This document shows, one piece after another, positions 9,529 through 18,788 of a stretch of 64,000 nt of DNA. The notes below the pieces were generated by a model. It was not told the origin of the DNA. It did not search any database and saw only the letters and a program-made list of their open reading frames with translations. The first letter of the stretch is position 1. Each line of letters opens with the position of its first letter. The DNA comes from an uncultured Paludibacter sp. (GTDB lineage: Bacteria > Bacteroidota > Bacteroidia > Bacteroidales > Paludibacteraceae): assembly GCA_964655615.1 (NCBI GenBank), contig CAZZPZ010000001.1, forward strand, positions 97,406 through 161,405. The letters run 5' to 3'. The position numbers were made by a program, and so were the translations under genes.

Positions 9529-12393
9529 ATGAATTCGTTTCTTCTACGTGTGGCTCAGAAATATTATCTGGAATTTAAAGATGAAATTTCCGATTTTGTA
9601 TTTGTATTTCCAAACCAACGTGCTGGAATGTTCTTTCAAAACGAATTATCTAAAATCTTAGCTAAACCTTTATTCTCACCTGAAATTATTACAGTTGATG
9701 CTTGTTTTAAACGATTTACCAACCTTAAAACAGCTGATCGAACAGATATGATTTTCAGACTCTACAAGCAGTTTGTTTTGCTTACTAAGCAAGAAGAAAC
9801 TTTCGATAATTTTGTATTCTGGGGCGACATGATTTTAAATGATTTCAATGAAATCGATAAATATCTTGCGGATGCCAACCAAATTTTCTCAAATATTTCT
9901 GATATTAAAGAAATTGAAAATACTTATTCATACTTATCGGAAGAGCAAATAACAACTATTGAGACATTCTGGAAAACTGTAATTAATTCTTCCAATCTAA
10001 GTACTTCACAAAATTTCAAATCATTATGGGTTGTTTTGTCGGATTTGTATGAAAACTTCACTCAAGAATTGAAAAAAGATGGAATTGGATACGAAGGACT
10101 AGTAAACAGAGATTCAATTAGATGCATTCGCAAAGTTGATTTATCTAAAGAAAAGAATTTTGTTTTTGTTGGCTTTAACGCTCTAAATGCCTGTGAAAGA
10201 GAACTTTTTAAATTATTGAATTCTGCTGGTAAAGCTGATTTTTATTGGGATTATGAGTCTTTGTACCTTCAAGACCCTCAAAATATTGCTGCAAAGTTTA
10301 AAATCTCTAACGGCATCCATTTTCCTTCAAAATTCGATTTGGAATCTTCGATAAACCTAGAAAATACCAAAAGTTTTTATCTTTACAATGTCCCTTCCAC
10401 TGTGGGGCAGGCTAAAATTGTCAATTCTATATTGACTGAAATAAATCCGAAATCAGAAACTGAAACCTTGATAAGTACATCTGTTGTTTTACCTGATGAG
10501 TCTTTATTATTGCCCGTAATACAATCTATCCCCACTGAAATTGAGAAAATCAATGTGACAATGGGATATCCTTTATCCGCTTCTTCGGTTGCTGCATTTA
10601 TTGAACTGTTTCTAAATCTTCATAAAAAATCTAAACTAAAAAATAATGAATACAAATATTATTATAAAGATGTTTTAAACCTTTTGAATCATCCTTTGAT
10701 CCTAAATATTGATTCACAAATAAATCTTCATTTTCAGAAAACAATTCGATCCAAAAACCTGATTTACGTTGAGTCAGATATTTTCAAGGATTCTCAGTTT
10801 TTTTCAAAGCTGTTTACTTATAATTTAGATTATTTTGAATTTCTATCTAATTTACTTGATATCATTAAAGAAATTCAGATTAGAATAATTTCAAATTCAA
10901 ATAAAGATGAAGTTAAAACTAATTCATTGGATAGTACCTTTTTATTTCAATACTATACCACTATCAATAGGTTTAAAGTAATTTTACAGAATAATTCTGA
11001 TATTCAAATTATAAGAATTGAAACTTTAATCCAACTTTTAAAGCAATTAAGCTCAACCATAACAGTACCTTTCATTGGTGAGCCTTTAGAGGGACTACAG
11101 ATTATGGGGGTTTTGGAAACGAGAGGTATTGATTTTGAAAATTTAATAATTTGTTCTTTTAATGATGGGATTTATCCTTCAAAGTCAAATACGAATTCAT
11201 TTATTCCTTATAATATTCGAAAAGGTTTTGGTTTACCTACTTATGAACACAATGATAGTGTTACTGCTTATAACTTCTATAGTTTAATCAGTCGTGCACA
11301 AAATATTTATTTCATTACTGATAGTAGATCTGAAAACGGAAATTCATCTGAAATCAGTAGATTTTATTCTCAACTTAAATACTTATATAATATTCATATT
11401 GAGTTAAAATCGATTAATCCAAATTTTAAAATATCTGATCCATCCAAAATAGAGATAATAAAGGACTCTTCTATAACTGAGAAACTTAAATTATATACTT
11501 TACCCTATCCAAATGCTAAGTCTTTTTCAGCAAGCGCATTGAATACATACATTGATTGCTCACTTAAATTCTACTATCAATATATAGAAGGAATGCGTGA
11601 AGAAGATGATTTAAAAGAATTGATTGAATATGATTTATTTGGTACCATTTTCCATAAAGCGATGGAATTGTTATATCAAAGTTTTATTGGACGTATTGTG
11701 GATGCAGAAGCTTTAAATTCGTTGAATTCAATGGTAATTGAGAATGCAATTATCAAAGCCTTCAATCTTGAGTATTTCAAAAACAACTCTGATGTTCTTA
11801 TTCAACTTGAAGGGAACAATATACTTATAATGAGTATATTAAAGAAGTATATTTCGCAAGTAATAAAGACCGATAAACAATTAACCCCATTTAAAGTTAT
11901 TTCTCTTGAAGAGAAAATTTCAACTCAAATTAATACTTCAACAGGATTGGTTAATTTGTATGGAGTGATAGATAGAGTTCATGAAAAAGACAATACGATC
12001 TATGTTTTGGATTATAAAACTGGATCTGGAAATCTTGATTTCCAGGATTTTAAAGAAATTTTTAATTCATTATCAACCAAAAGACCAAAATATGCTTTAC
12101 AAACAATGTTGTATGGTTATTTCTACAAGGGGAAATTGGATGGAAAACCAATTGCTCCGGGAATTGTGTTTATTAAAGACACTTTTAAAGATGGATTTAA
12201 AACCTCTTTAACTTTTAAACCTGAAAAAAAAGAGGATTATGAAATTGATAATTATTATGCATTTGCAGACCAATTTGAGCCTGAACTAGTCGAATGTATT
12301 GATTCAATTTTAAATCCTAATATACCTTTTGTACAATGTGAAGATAGTTCCCATTGTACTTATTGTAATTTTAATTCAATTTGTCAAAGATGA
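9529..12393 (+). CDS. PD-(D/E)XK nuclease family protein (AddB/RexB-like, probable Fe-S cluster)
   Basis: FVFPNQRAG N-terminus, GLQIMGVLETRGIDF, SASALNTYIDC, GVIDRV...VLDYKTG nuclease motif, and C-terminal Cys cluster CEDSSHCTYCNFNSIC. Confidence 0.85.
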   Translation: MNSFLLRVAQKYYLEFKDEISDFVFVFPNQRAGMFFQNELSKILAKPLFSPEIITVDACFKRFTNLKTADRTDMIFRLYKQFVLLTKQEETFDNFVFWGDMILNDFNEIDKYLADANQIFSNISDIKEIENTYSYLSEEQITTIETFWKTVINSSNLSTSQNFKSLWVVLSDLYENFTQELKKDGIGYEGLVNRDSIRCIRKVDLSKEKNFVFVGFNALNACERELFKLLNSAGKADFYWDYESLYLQDPQNIAAKFKISNGIHFPSKFDLESSINLENTKSFYLYNVPSTVGQAKIVNSILTEINPKSETETLISTSVVLPDESLLLPVIQSIPTEIEKINVTMGYPLSASSVAAFIELFLNLHKKSKLKNNEYKYYYKDVLNLLNHPLILNIDSQINLHFQKTIRSKNLIYVESDIFKDSQFFSKLFTYNLDYFEFLSNLLDIIKEIQIRIISNSNKDEVKTNSLDSTFLFQYYTTINRFKVILQNNSDIQIIRIETLIQLLKQLSSTITVPFIGEPLEGLQIMGVLETRGIDFENLIICSFNDGIYPSKSNTNSFIPYNIRKGFGLPTYEHNDSVTAYNFYSLISRAQNIYFITDSRSENGNSSEISRFYSQLKYLYNIHIELKSINPNFKISDPSKIEIIKDSSITEKLKLYTLPYPNAKSFSASALNTYIDCSLKFYYQYIEGMREEDDLKELIEYDLFGTIFHKAMELLYQSFIGRIVDAEALNSLNSMVIENAIIKAFNLEYFKNNSDVLIQLEGNNILIMSILKKYISQVIKTDKQLTPFKVISLEEKISTQINTSTGLVNLYGVIDRVHEKDNTIYVLDYKTGSGNLDFQDFKEIFNSLSTKRPKYALQTMLYGYFYKGKLDGKPIAPGIVFIKDTFKDGFKTSLTFKPEKKEDYEIDNYYAFADQFEPELVECIDSILNPNIPFVQCEDSSHCTYCNFNSICQR

Positions 12394-12884
12394 TAATTCA
12401 AGAAATAGAAAAAAAATTTTTAGTTGTAGGTGATTATAAATCATTAGCTGTGAAATCTTTTGATATCAAGCAAGCATATATTTGTAAATCAAATGGCAAA
12501 ACAGTCAGAATCCGAACTAAAAACGATAAGGCATATTTAACAATTAAAGATCCTTCAACCGATAATGGTCTTTCACGTACGGAATTTGAAATAGAAATAG
12601 ATTTAAACGATGCTGATATTCTTTTTGAATTGGCTGAAAACAATCTTATTCTAAAGAAAAGATATATAGTACCTTGGAAAGAACATGTGATTGAAATAGA
12701 TGAATTTTCAGGCTTAAATGCAGGTCTGGTAGTGGCAGAAATTGAACTTAATAGCATTGACGAACAAGTGGAATTACCCGATTTTTTAGGCTTAGAAGTA
12801 ACAGGAAAACCTCAATTTTACAACTCTTTTTTGTCTAAATTGCCTTACTTAAATTGGATAGATAAAGAAAATTTCACCCCATGA
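12390..12884 (+). CDS. CYTH domain protein (triphosphate tunnel metalloenzyme family)
   Basis: EIEKKF (ExExK), IKQAYI, VRIR, RTEFEIEI, EIDEF and VAEIEL motifs. Start placed at ATG 12390, which overlaps the upstream stop (ATGA). Confidence 0.9.
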   Translation: MIIQEIEKKFLVVGDYKSLAVKSFDIKQAYICKSNGKTVRIRTKNDKAYLTIKDPSTDNGLSRTEFEIEIDLNDADILFELAENNLILKKRYIVPWKEHVIEIDEFSGLNAGLVVAEIELNSIDEQVELPDFLGLEVTGKPQFYNSFLSKLPYLNWIDKENFTP

Positions 12885-13010
12885 TTTTGAATTTTACCCC
12901 AAAATAACTATTTTTAGACCTGCAGCACACCTATTTCACCTTAAATTTGGAATATTTTGAAACTTATGTTTTTTTTGCAAAGTTTTTCATTAAAACTACA
13001 ATTAATTGAA

Positions 13011-13775
13011 ATGAAAAAATTAATATTTACGACTTTAATTCTACATACTTTTTTAGCGTTTTCTCAACAGAATACTTTTCACAAAAGGCTGTTTATACAC
13101 AATAGCGATACTTTAAAATATCAGCTATCTTTTCCAGATAATTACAATAATAAAACAGACTTTCCACTTGTAATTTTTCTTCACGGCTCTGGTGAGAGAG
13201 GTTCGGATAATGAAAAACAATTGATACATGGATCTAAATTGTTTAATGACCCCATCAATCGAATTAAATATCCTGCAGTTGTAATTTTCCCTCAATGTCC
13301 ACAAGAAAGTTATTGGGTCAAAGTAAGCCGAGAAAATTCGGGTTTTAATTTCTCTAAAAATGAAAAGATTTCTGAACCATTATTAATGGTAGAACGTTTA
13401 ATTCAGGATATAGTTAAAAAAGAAAATATAGATTCAAAACGTATCTACCTGATGGGATTATCCATGGGTGGTATGGGAACTTTGGATTTGATATGTAGAA
13501 ATCCAAACCTTTTTGCTGCAGCAATACCTATTTGTGGTGGTGTTGAAATAAGTAGAATTAGAAAAGTAAAGAATTTACCGATCAGGCTTTATCATGGTGC
13601 TAAGGATGATTTAGTTCCACCTAGTTGGTCTAGAAATATATTTAAAGAACTCAAAACAATTGGATCTACAAAAGTTGAATATATAGAATTTGAGAATGCA
13701 AACCACAATAGTTGGGATCCTGCATTTGAATCTGATGATTTTCTTGAATGGATCTTCAATAACAAAAAAGATTAA
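13011..13775 (+). CDS. Secreted alpha/beta-hydrolase (carboxylesterase/peptidase-like)
   Basis: Signal peptide MKKLIFTTLILHTFLAFSQ, PLVIFLHGSGERG, GLSMGG nucleophile elbow, HGAKDDLV and NHNSW. Start moved from 12957 to ATG 13011. Confidence 0.8.
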   Translation: MKKLIFTTLILHTFLAFSQQNTFHKRLFIHNSDTLKYQLSFPDNYNNKTDFPLVIFLHGSGERGSDNEKQLIHGSKLFNDPINRIKYPAVVIFPQCPQESYWVKVSRENSGFNFSKNEKISEPLLMVERLIQDIVKKENIDSKRIYLMGLSMGGMGTLDLICRNPNLFAAAIPICGGVEISRIRKVKNLPIRLYHGAKDDLVPPSWSRNIFKELKTIGSTKVEYIEFENANHNSWDPAFESDDFLEWIFNNKKD

Positions 13776-13788
13776 TTAGATTAATTAT

Positions 13789-14013
13789 ATGGCAAAAATT
13801 AGAGGTGCTGTAGTTGTCGATACAGAGAGATGTAAAGGTTGTGACCTTTGTGTTGTAGCTTGTCCTACTCATGTGTTGGAATTATCAAGTGACGCTAACA
13901 ACAAAGGGTATACTTATTCAAGAATGGCAAATGCTGAAGATTGCATTGGCTGTCAAACCTGCGCATTAGTTTGTCCTGATGCATGTATAACAGTTTATAA
14001 AGTTAAAATATAA
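13789..14013 (+). CDS. 2x[4Fe-4S] ferredoxin-like delta subunit of 2-oxoacid:ferredoxin oxidoreductase
   Basis: Two CxxCxxCxxxCP motifs (CKGCDLCVVACP and CIGCQTCALVCP). Confidence 0.93.
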   Translation: MAKIRGAVVVDTERCKGCDLCVVACPTHVLELSSDANNKGYTYSRMANAEDCIGCQTCALVCPDACITVYKVKI

Positions 14014-14014
14014 T

Positions 14015-15106
14015 ATGTCAACACATAAAGAGGAAGTTGTTTTAATGAAAGGCAATGAAGCTATTGCTCATGCTGCTGTCAGATGTGGATGTGATGGTTA
14101 TTTTGGATATCCAATTACACCCCAATCTGAAATTCTTGAAACATTAATGGAAATAGAACCTTGGAATACTACGGGTATGGTAGTTCTACAGGCTGAAAGT
14201 GAAGTTGCATCAATCAATATGGTTTATGGTGGCGGAGGATGTGGTAAACGTGTCATGACTTCATCTTCAAGTCCAGGTGTTAGTTTGATGCAGGAAGGTA
14301 TTTCGTATATGGCTGGTGCTGAAACTCCAGGTGTTATTATTAATGTCATGAGAGGTGGCCCAGGTTTGGGTACCATACAACCTAGTCAGTCGGATTATTT
14401 CCAATCTGTAAAAGGTGGAGGACACGGTGATTACAAAATGCCAACCCTTGCTCCTGCTTCTGTGCAAGAAATGGCTGATCATACTGTTTTGTCATTTGAA
14501 TTAGCTTTCAAATACCGAACACCTGTCATGGTACTTGCTGACGGAATTATAGGTCAAATGATGGAGAAGGTTATTTTACCTCCTTTTCAGGCAAGAATGA
14601 CTGAAGCTGAGATTAAGGAAAAATATCCTTGGGCAACTACAGGTAAAACAAAAGATAGAAAACCAAATTATATCAACTCTTTGGAACTTGAAACTGAGGC
14701 TATGGAGGCAATCAACCTTAGACTTCAAAGTAGATATCGTGAAATGGAAGAGACAGAGGTACGTTATGAAAGTATTCTTTGTGAAGATGCTGATTATATT
14801 TTGGTTGCCTTTGGAACTATGGCACGTGTTTGTCAAAAAGCAATAGAATTGGCTAGGGAGAGTGGAATAAAAGCAGGACTTTTAAGACCTATTACACTTT
14901 TCCCATTTCCAACTAAAGTAATTTGCGAATATTCTTCCAGAGTAAAGGGTATACTAACTGTTGAGATGAATGCAGGTCAAATGGTTGAAGATGTCAGACT
15001 TGCTACTTGTGGTAAAGTTCCGGTAGAGTTTTATGGTAGAATGGGCGGTATTGTTCCTTCACCAATTGAAGTATTAAATGCTCTTAAAGAAAAATTAGTA
15101 AAATGA
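14015..15106 (+). CDS. vorB: 2-oxoacid:ferredoxin oxidoreductase alpha subunit (VorB-type, 3-methyl-2-oxobutanoate dehydrogenase-like)
   Basis: MKGNEAIA, GYPITPQSE, QAESEVAS, TSSSSPG and MRGGPGLG motifs. Confidence 0.9.
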   Translation: MSTHKEEVVLMKGNEAIAHAAVRCGCDGYFGYPITPQSEILETLMEIEPWNTTGMVVLQAESEVASINMVYGGGGCGKRVMTSSSSPGVSLMQEGISYMAGAETPGVIINVMRGGPGLGTIQPSQSDYFQSVKGGGHGDYKMPTLAPASVQEMADHTVLSFELAFKYRTPVMVLADGIIGQMMEKVILPPFQARMTEAEIKEKYPWATTGKTKDRKPNYINSLELETEAMEAINLRLQSRYREMEETEVRYESILCEDADYILVAFGTMARVCQKAIELARESGIKAGLLRPITLFPFPTKVICEYSSRVKGILTVEMNAGQMVEDVRLATCGKVPVEFYGRMGGIVPSPIEVLNALKEKLVK

Positions 15107-15864
15107 ATATAAGTGATATAATTAATCCCGCGAATTTGGTTTATGAAAAACCAAAGATTCTGAATGATGAAACTATGCATTATTGCCCAGGATGTAGTCA
15201 TGGGGTAATACATAAACTAATTGCAGAAATCCTAGAGGAAATGGATATGCAGGAGACAACTATTGGGATAGCTCCTGTAGGTTGTGCTGTTTTTGCATAT
15301 AAATACTTGGATATTGACTGGCAACAAGCTGCACACGGGCGTGCTCCTGCACTAGCTACAGCTGTGAAAAGATTAATGCCTGAAAAATTGGTTTTTACTT
15401 ATCAAGGTGATGGGGATTTAGCTGCTATCGGTACAGCTGAAACGATACATGCTTGTAACCGTGGTGAGAACATTGCTATCATCTATGTTAATAATGGTAT
15501 TTATGGTATGACAGGTGGACAAATGGCTCCTACTACCCTGAATGGAATGAAATCATCAACATCGCCTAAAGGTCGTGAACTTTCAGCAATGGGCCATCCT
15601 TTGGATATGTCTAAATTATTAGCTCAATTGGATGGTGTATGTTATGTAACCAGACAAAGTGTTCATACCATGGCTACCGTAAGAAAAACGAAAAGAGCAA
15701 TTAAAAAAGCATTTGAAAATTCAATGCTAAACAAAGGTACATCTATTGTTGAAGTAGTTTCTACCTGTAGCTCTGGATGGAGATTAAGTCCTGCAGCTTC
15801 CAATGATTGGATGGTTGAAAATATGTTCCCTGTGTATCCTTTGGGTGATCTTAAAGATATTTGA
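15103..15864 (+). CDS. 2-oxoacid:ferredoxin oxidoreductase beta (TPP-binding) subunit
   Basis: YCPGCSHG, HGRAPA, the GDGD...NN TPP motif and YGMTGGQMAPTT. ATGA overlap with the alpha subunit. Confidence 0.92.
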   Translation: MNISDIINPANLVYEKPKILNDETMHYCPGCSHGVIHKLIAEILEEMDMQETTIGIAPVGCAVFAYKYLDIDWQQAAHGRAPALATAVKRLMPEKLVFTYQGDGDLAAIGTAETIHACNRGENIAIIYVNNGIYGMTGGQMAPTTLNGMKSSTSPKGRELSAMGHPLDMSKLLAQLDGVCYVTRQSVHTMATVRKTKRAIKKAFENSMLNKGTSIVEVVSTCSSGWRLSPAASNDWMVENMFPVYPLGDLKDI

Positions 15865-15884
15865 TCTTAAATTGAAAAGAAATT

Positions 15885-16433
15885 ATGACTGAAGAAATAA
15901 TAATTGCTGGCTTTGGTGGCCAGGGAGTACTCTCTATGGGTAAGATTCTTGCATATTCTGGATTGATGCAGGGTCAAGAAGTTAGCTGGATGCCTTCCTA
16001 TGGACCAGAACAAAGAGGTGGAACAGCCAATGTAACTGTGATTTTAAGTGATGAAAGAATAAGTTCACCGGTTTTAAATCATTACGACACTGCAATTATC
16101 CTTAATCAACCTTCCCTTGAAAGATTTGAAAGTTTGGTTAAACCTGGAGGTACGCTTATATTTGATAGTAATGGTTTTCATAAAATGCCAACTCGCACTG
16201 ATATAAATATTTATAAAATAGATGCTACTGAATGCGCTATGGCTACAAATCAAACCAAGACGATGAATATGATTATTTTAGGTGGTTTACTTAAAATAAG
16301 ACCCATTGTTGAAATCGATAATGTTTTGAAAGGATTGAAAAAGTCCTTACCAAAACGTCACCATCACATGTTACCTGCCAATGAAAAAGCAATTCAAACT
16401 GGTATGGAACTGATTGCTCCATTTAAGGTCTAA
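15885..16433 (+). CDS. 2-oxoacid:ferredoxin oxidoreductase gamma subunit
   Basis: IAGFGGQG, SYGPEQRGG and NMIILG motifs. Confidence 0.92.
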   Translation: MTEEIIIAGFGGQGVLSMGKILAYSGLMQGQEVSWMPSYGPEQRGGTANVTVILSDERISSPVLNHYDTAIILNQPSLERFESLVKPGGTLIFDSNGFHKMPTRTDINIYKIDATECAMATNQTKTMNMIILGGLLKIRPIVEIDNVLKGLKKSLPKRHHHMLPANEKAIQTGMELIAPFKV

Positions 16434-16451
16434 GTGTACACTTAGACCTTA
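16424..16451. terminator. 28-bp perfect palindrome spanning both convergent stop codons; probable terminator
   Basis: TAAGGTCTAAGTGT|ACACTTAGACCTTA, followed on the plus strand by TTTCATTTT. Confidence 0.6.
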
Positions 16452-17285
16452 TTTCATTTTAATCACAGCCCAATTGTTTTTTGATTTGAAATATTGAAGT
16501 GCAAGCCCTAATTCTCTGGCTTTATTTTCCAAAACTTCAATATCCTCAACATAAAATCCAGACATAAATAATTCACCATTTGGATTTAAGCAAGCGACAT
16601 AACTAGCCATATCCTGCAATAAAATATTGCGATTTATATTTGCAATAACTACATCAAACTTCTTATTTACCAACAATTCTGCTCCACCTAACAAAACTTC
16701 AATGCCTGAAACTTTGTTTTTTTGAACGTTTTCCTCTGAATTTTCTGTACACCAATTATCAATATCAATTGCAGCAACCTTCTCAGCGCCTCTCATTTTT
16801 GCTAAAATAGCAAGAACTGCTGTTCCACATCCCATATCCAGAACAGATTTTCCATAAAGATCCATCTCTAAAATTTCAGCAATCATTAAACTGGTTGTTT
16901 CATGATGACCTGTTCCAAAAGCCATTTTTGGATCAATGATAATATCATATTTTAATTCTGGATAATCTTTGTGAAATGAACTGTGAATTACACATTTATC
17001 TGAAATTATTATTGGTTCAAAATAATTTTTCTCCCATTCTTCATTCCAATTAATAGATTCAATTTCTTCTTTTGTGTAACTTAAGCCTATTTCTATTGGC
17101 AAATTTGCTAAAATCTCATTCAGAGACTCGGTTGAGAATAAATCAATATTAATAAATGCTTCCAATTTATCATCAACGACAACGAAACTTTCAAAACCTA
17201 TTGGAGCTAAACTTGCAGATACAATATCCGACTTGAATTCTTCATATTCATCAAATACGAAGTTAATTTTTATATAATTATTCAT
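16449..17285 (-). CDS. prmA: Ribosomal protein L11 methyltransferase
   Basis: WNEEWEK, IIIDPKMAFGTGHHETT, LDMGCGTAVL and ANINRN motifs. Confidence 0.96.
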   Translation of the reverse strand: MNNYIKINFVFDEYEEFKSDIVSASLAPIGFESFVVVDDKLEAFINIDLFSTESLNEILANLPIEIGLSYTKEEIESINWNEEWEKNYFEPIIISDKCVIHSSFHKDYPELKYDIIIDPKMAFGTGHHETTSLMIAEILEMDLYGKSVLDMGCGTAVLAILAKMRGAEKVAAIDIDNWCTENSEENVQKNKVSGIEVLLGGAELLVNKKFDVVIANINRNILLQDMASYVACLNPNGELFMSGFYVEDIEVLENKARELGLALQYFKSKNNWAVIKMK

Positions 17286-17314
17286 CCTTATATCTTCTTT
17301 TTTTATCTTTACTA

Positions 17315-17322
17315 CAAAATTA
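17315..17322 (-). promoter_or_regulatory. -7 promoter box (TAATTTTG) for prmA
   Basis: Plus-strand CAAAATTA, 29 nt upstream of the ATG. Confidence 0.55.
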
Positions 17323-17424
17323 ATGAATTTAAAGATTATAATGATATTGTGAATTTAATTTCATCACTTTTCTGTTGTGGTATGAAATTTGATATCTATT
17401 ATGAGTTTAAAAAAGGAGGTTCTA

Positions 17425-18759
17425 ATGAAAGCACTAATTATTTTTTTATTTACATTGATATTTCCATATATTTCAGCGCAAGTATATGATGATGTGTATT
17501 TTAAACCTAGTGATAAAATTAATGTACAGAAAGTCTCTAATGAAGATGTTAAACCCAAATACAAGAATGGGGCTAAACAAATTGTTTATATTCAGAAAAA
17601 AGATTTAGTAAAAAATGACAGCACTTTGGTTGAATACAATAGTTCTGACTCTATTCTGTTATCAGAAGAACTATTGATTGAGGATTCACTGCTAATGAAA
17701 AATTCTGAATCAGGATATTATTTGAATGGATTTTCTGGCACTCAAAGTGATTTTGAATATGCTGAGCGTATACGTAAATTTCATGATCCGAGATATACCA
17801 TTTTTATTTCTGACCCACGTTACAATGACATTTACTTTCTCAATAGTTGGGATTGGAATGTATATGTGGATGGTGCATATGCTTATGTAACACCTACATG
17901 GACCAATCCAATGTGGTTTGATTATTATTGGAGACCTTTTAGTTATAATAGTTGGAATTGGCATTCACCTTATGGAATGTATAACAGTTATTATTATGAT
18001 CCGTTTTACTGGAATATGTATGGTGGGTATTACGGTGGTTACTATGGCAACTATTATGGTGGTTATTATAGTGGATGGGGTTATCCATATTCAGGTTATT
18101 ACAATAATTGGAATTATTACCCATATTGGGGTTATGGTGGATATTCAAAAAACTACAAAGATGATAGACATAACGATGCTTTGCGAAGAACTAAATCAGG
18201 AGGTGCTTCAGTCAATTCTGACCTAACAAATGTAGCTACAAGAGTCTCAGGAAGTTATAATAAGTCTGCAACCACTCGATCTGACCTAAATTCAAATAGC
18301 TCTAGTACACGATTGAGATCTAATTATTCAGGTGTTTCAAGAGTTGGTGGTGAAACTAGAACTGTATCATCTCGTTCTTCTGAACGAAGCAGATCTTCTG
18401 TTAATTTGGATAGTAGAACTGCTCGTACCAATTCCAATGATATTTCAAGACAAAGTACCGCAGTGCGAAGCTCTTCAACTAGGACTAACTCAAATCCTGA
18501 AAGAACTTACAGAGCTTCCTCTGAATCTTCAAATATCGTCCGAACTCAAAGAACAAATTCATCAAGTACAAGATCGTATTCATCATCAAATTCGACATCA
18601 TCCTCTTCTTCATCTACTTACAGGAGTTCTAGCCCTAGCACCTCTTCGTCTAGTTCATATTCCTCAGGATCGAGTTCTAGTTCTTCATCTAGTAGCTCAA
18701 GAAGTAGTTCATCTTCAGGTGGAACTAGATCATCAAGTGGTTCTGGTAGCCGTAGATAA
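17425..18759 (+). CDS. Secreted hypothetical protein with Tyr/Trp/Gly-rich core and Arg/Ser-rich disordered tail
   Basis: Signal peptide MKALIIFLFTLIFPYISAQ, then YDDVYF, EYAERIRKFHDP, GGYY repeats and a poly-Ser tail ending GSGSRR. Start moved from 17389 to ATG 17425. Confidence 0.8.
   Translation: MKALIIFLFTLIFPYISAQVYDDVYFKPSDKINVQKVSNEDVKPKYKNGAKQIVYIQKKDLVKNDSTLVEYNSSDSILLSEELLIEDSLLMKNSESGYYLNGFSGTQSDFEYAERIRKFHDPRYTIFISDPRYNDIYFLNSWDWNVYVDGAYAYVTPTWTNPMWFDYYWRPFSYNSWNWHSPYGMYNSYYYDPFYWNMYGGYYGGYYGNYYGGYYSGWGYPYSGYYNNWNYYPYWGYGGYSKNYKDDRHNDALRRTKSGGASVNSDLTNVATRVSGSYNKSATTRSDLNSNSSSTRLRSNYSGVSRVGGETRTVSSRSSERSRSSVNLDSRTARTNSNDISRQSTAVRSSSTRTNSNPERTYRASSESSNIVRTQRTNSSSTRSYSSSNSTSSSSSSTYRSSSPSTSSSSSYSSGSSSSSSSSSSRSSSSSGGTRSSSGSGSRR
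18016..18140 (+). repeat. Low-complexity Gly/Tyr coding repeats (GGYY-like)
   Basis: Imperfect tandem GGTGGNTA(T/C)TA(T/C) units encoding YGGYYGGYYGNYYGGYYSGWG. Confidence 0.7.
18560..18752 (+). repeat. Poly-serine low-complexity coding tract
   Basis: Mixed TCN/AGT codons encoding long Ser runs. No fixed nucleotide repeat unit. Confidence 0.75.
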
Positions 18760-18788
18760 TAGCTTAATAATTATTTAATTTTACTAAT

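Noticed and set aside
9529-12393. Cas4-like or anti-phage reading of the Fe-S PD-(D/E)XK nuclease
   Set aside because: The 954-aa length and degenerate helicase-like N-terminus fit AddB-like proteins. There is no CRISPR array, cas gene or defence neighbourhood.
18016-18752. Repeats as a CRISPR array or mobile repeat
   Set aside because: The units are imperfect, codon-phased and lack unique spacers. This is protein low complexity.
17918-18778. Alternative-frame plus-strand ORFs (102 aa and 148 aa) inside the low-complexity gene
   Set aside because: Repetitive Tyr/Gly and Ser codons suppress stops in other frames. The main frame is continuous, so no frameshift is needed.
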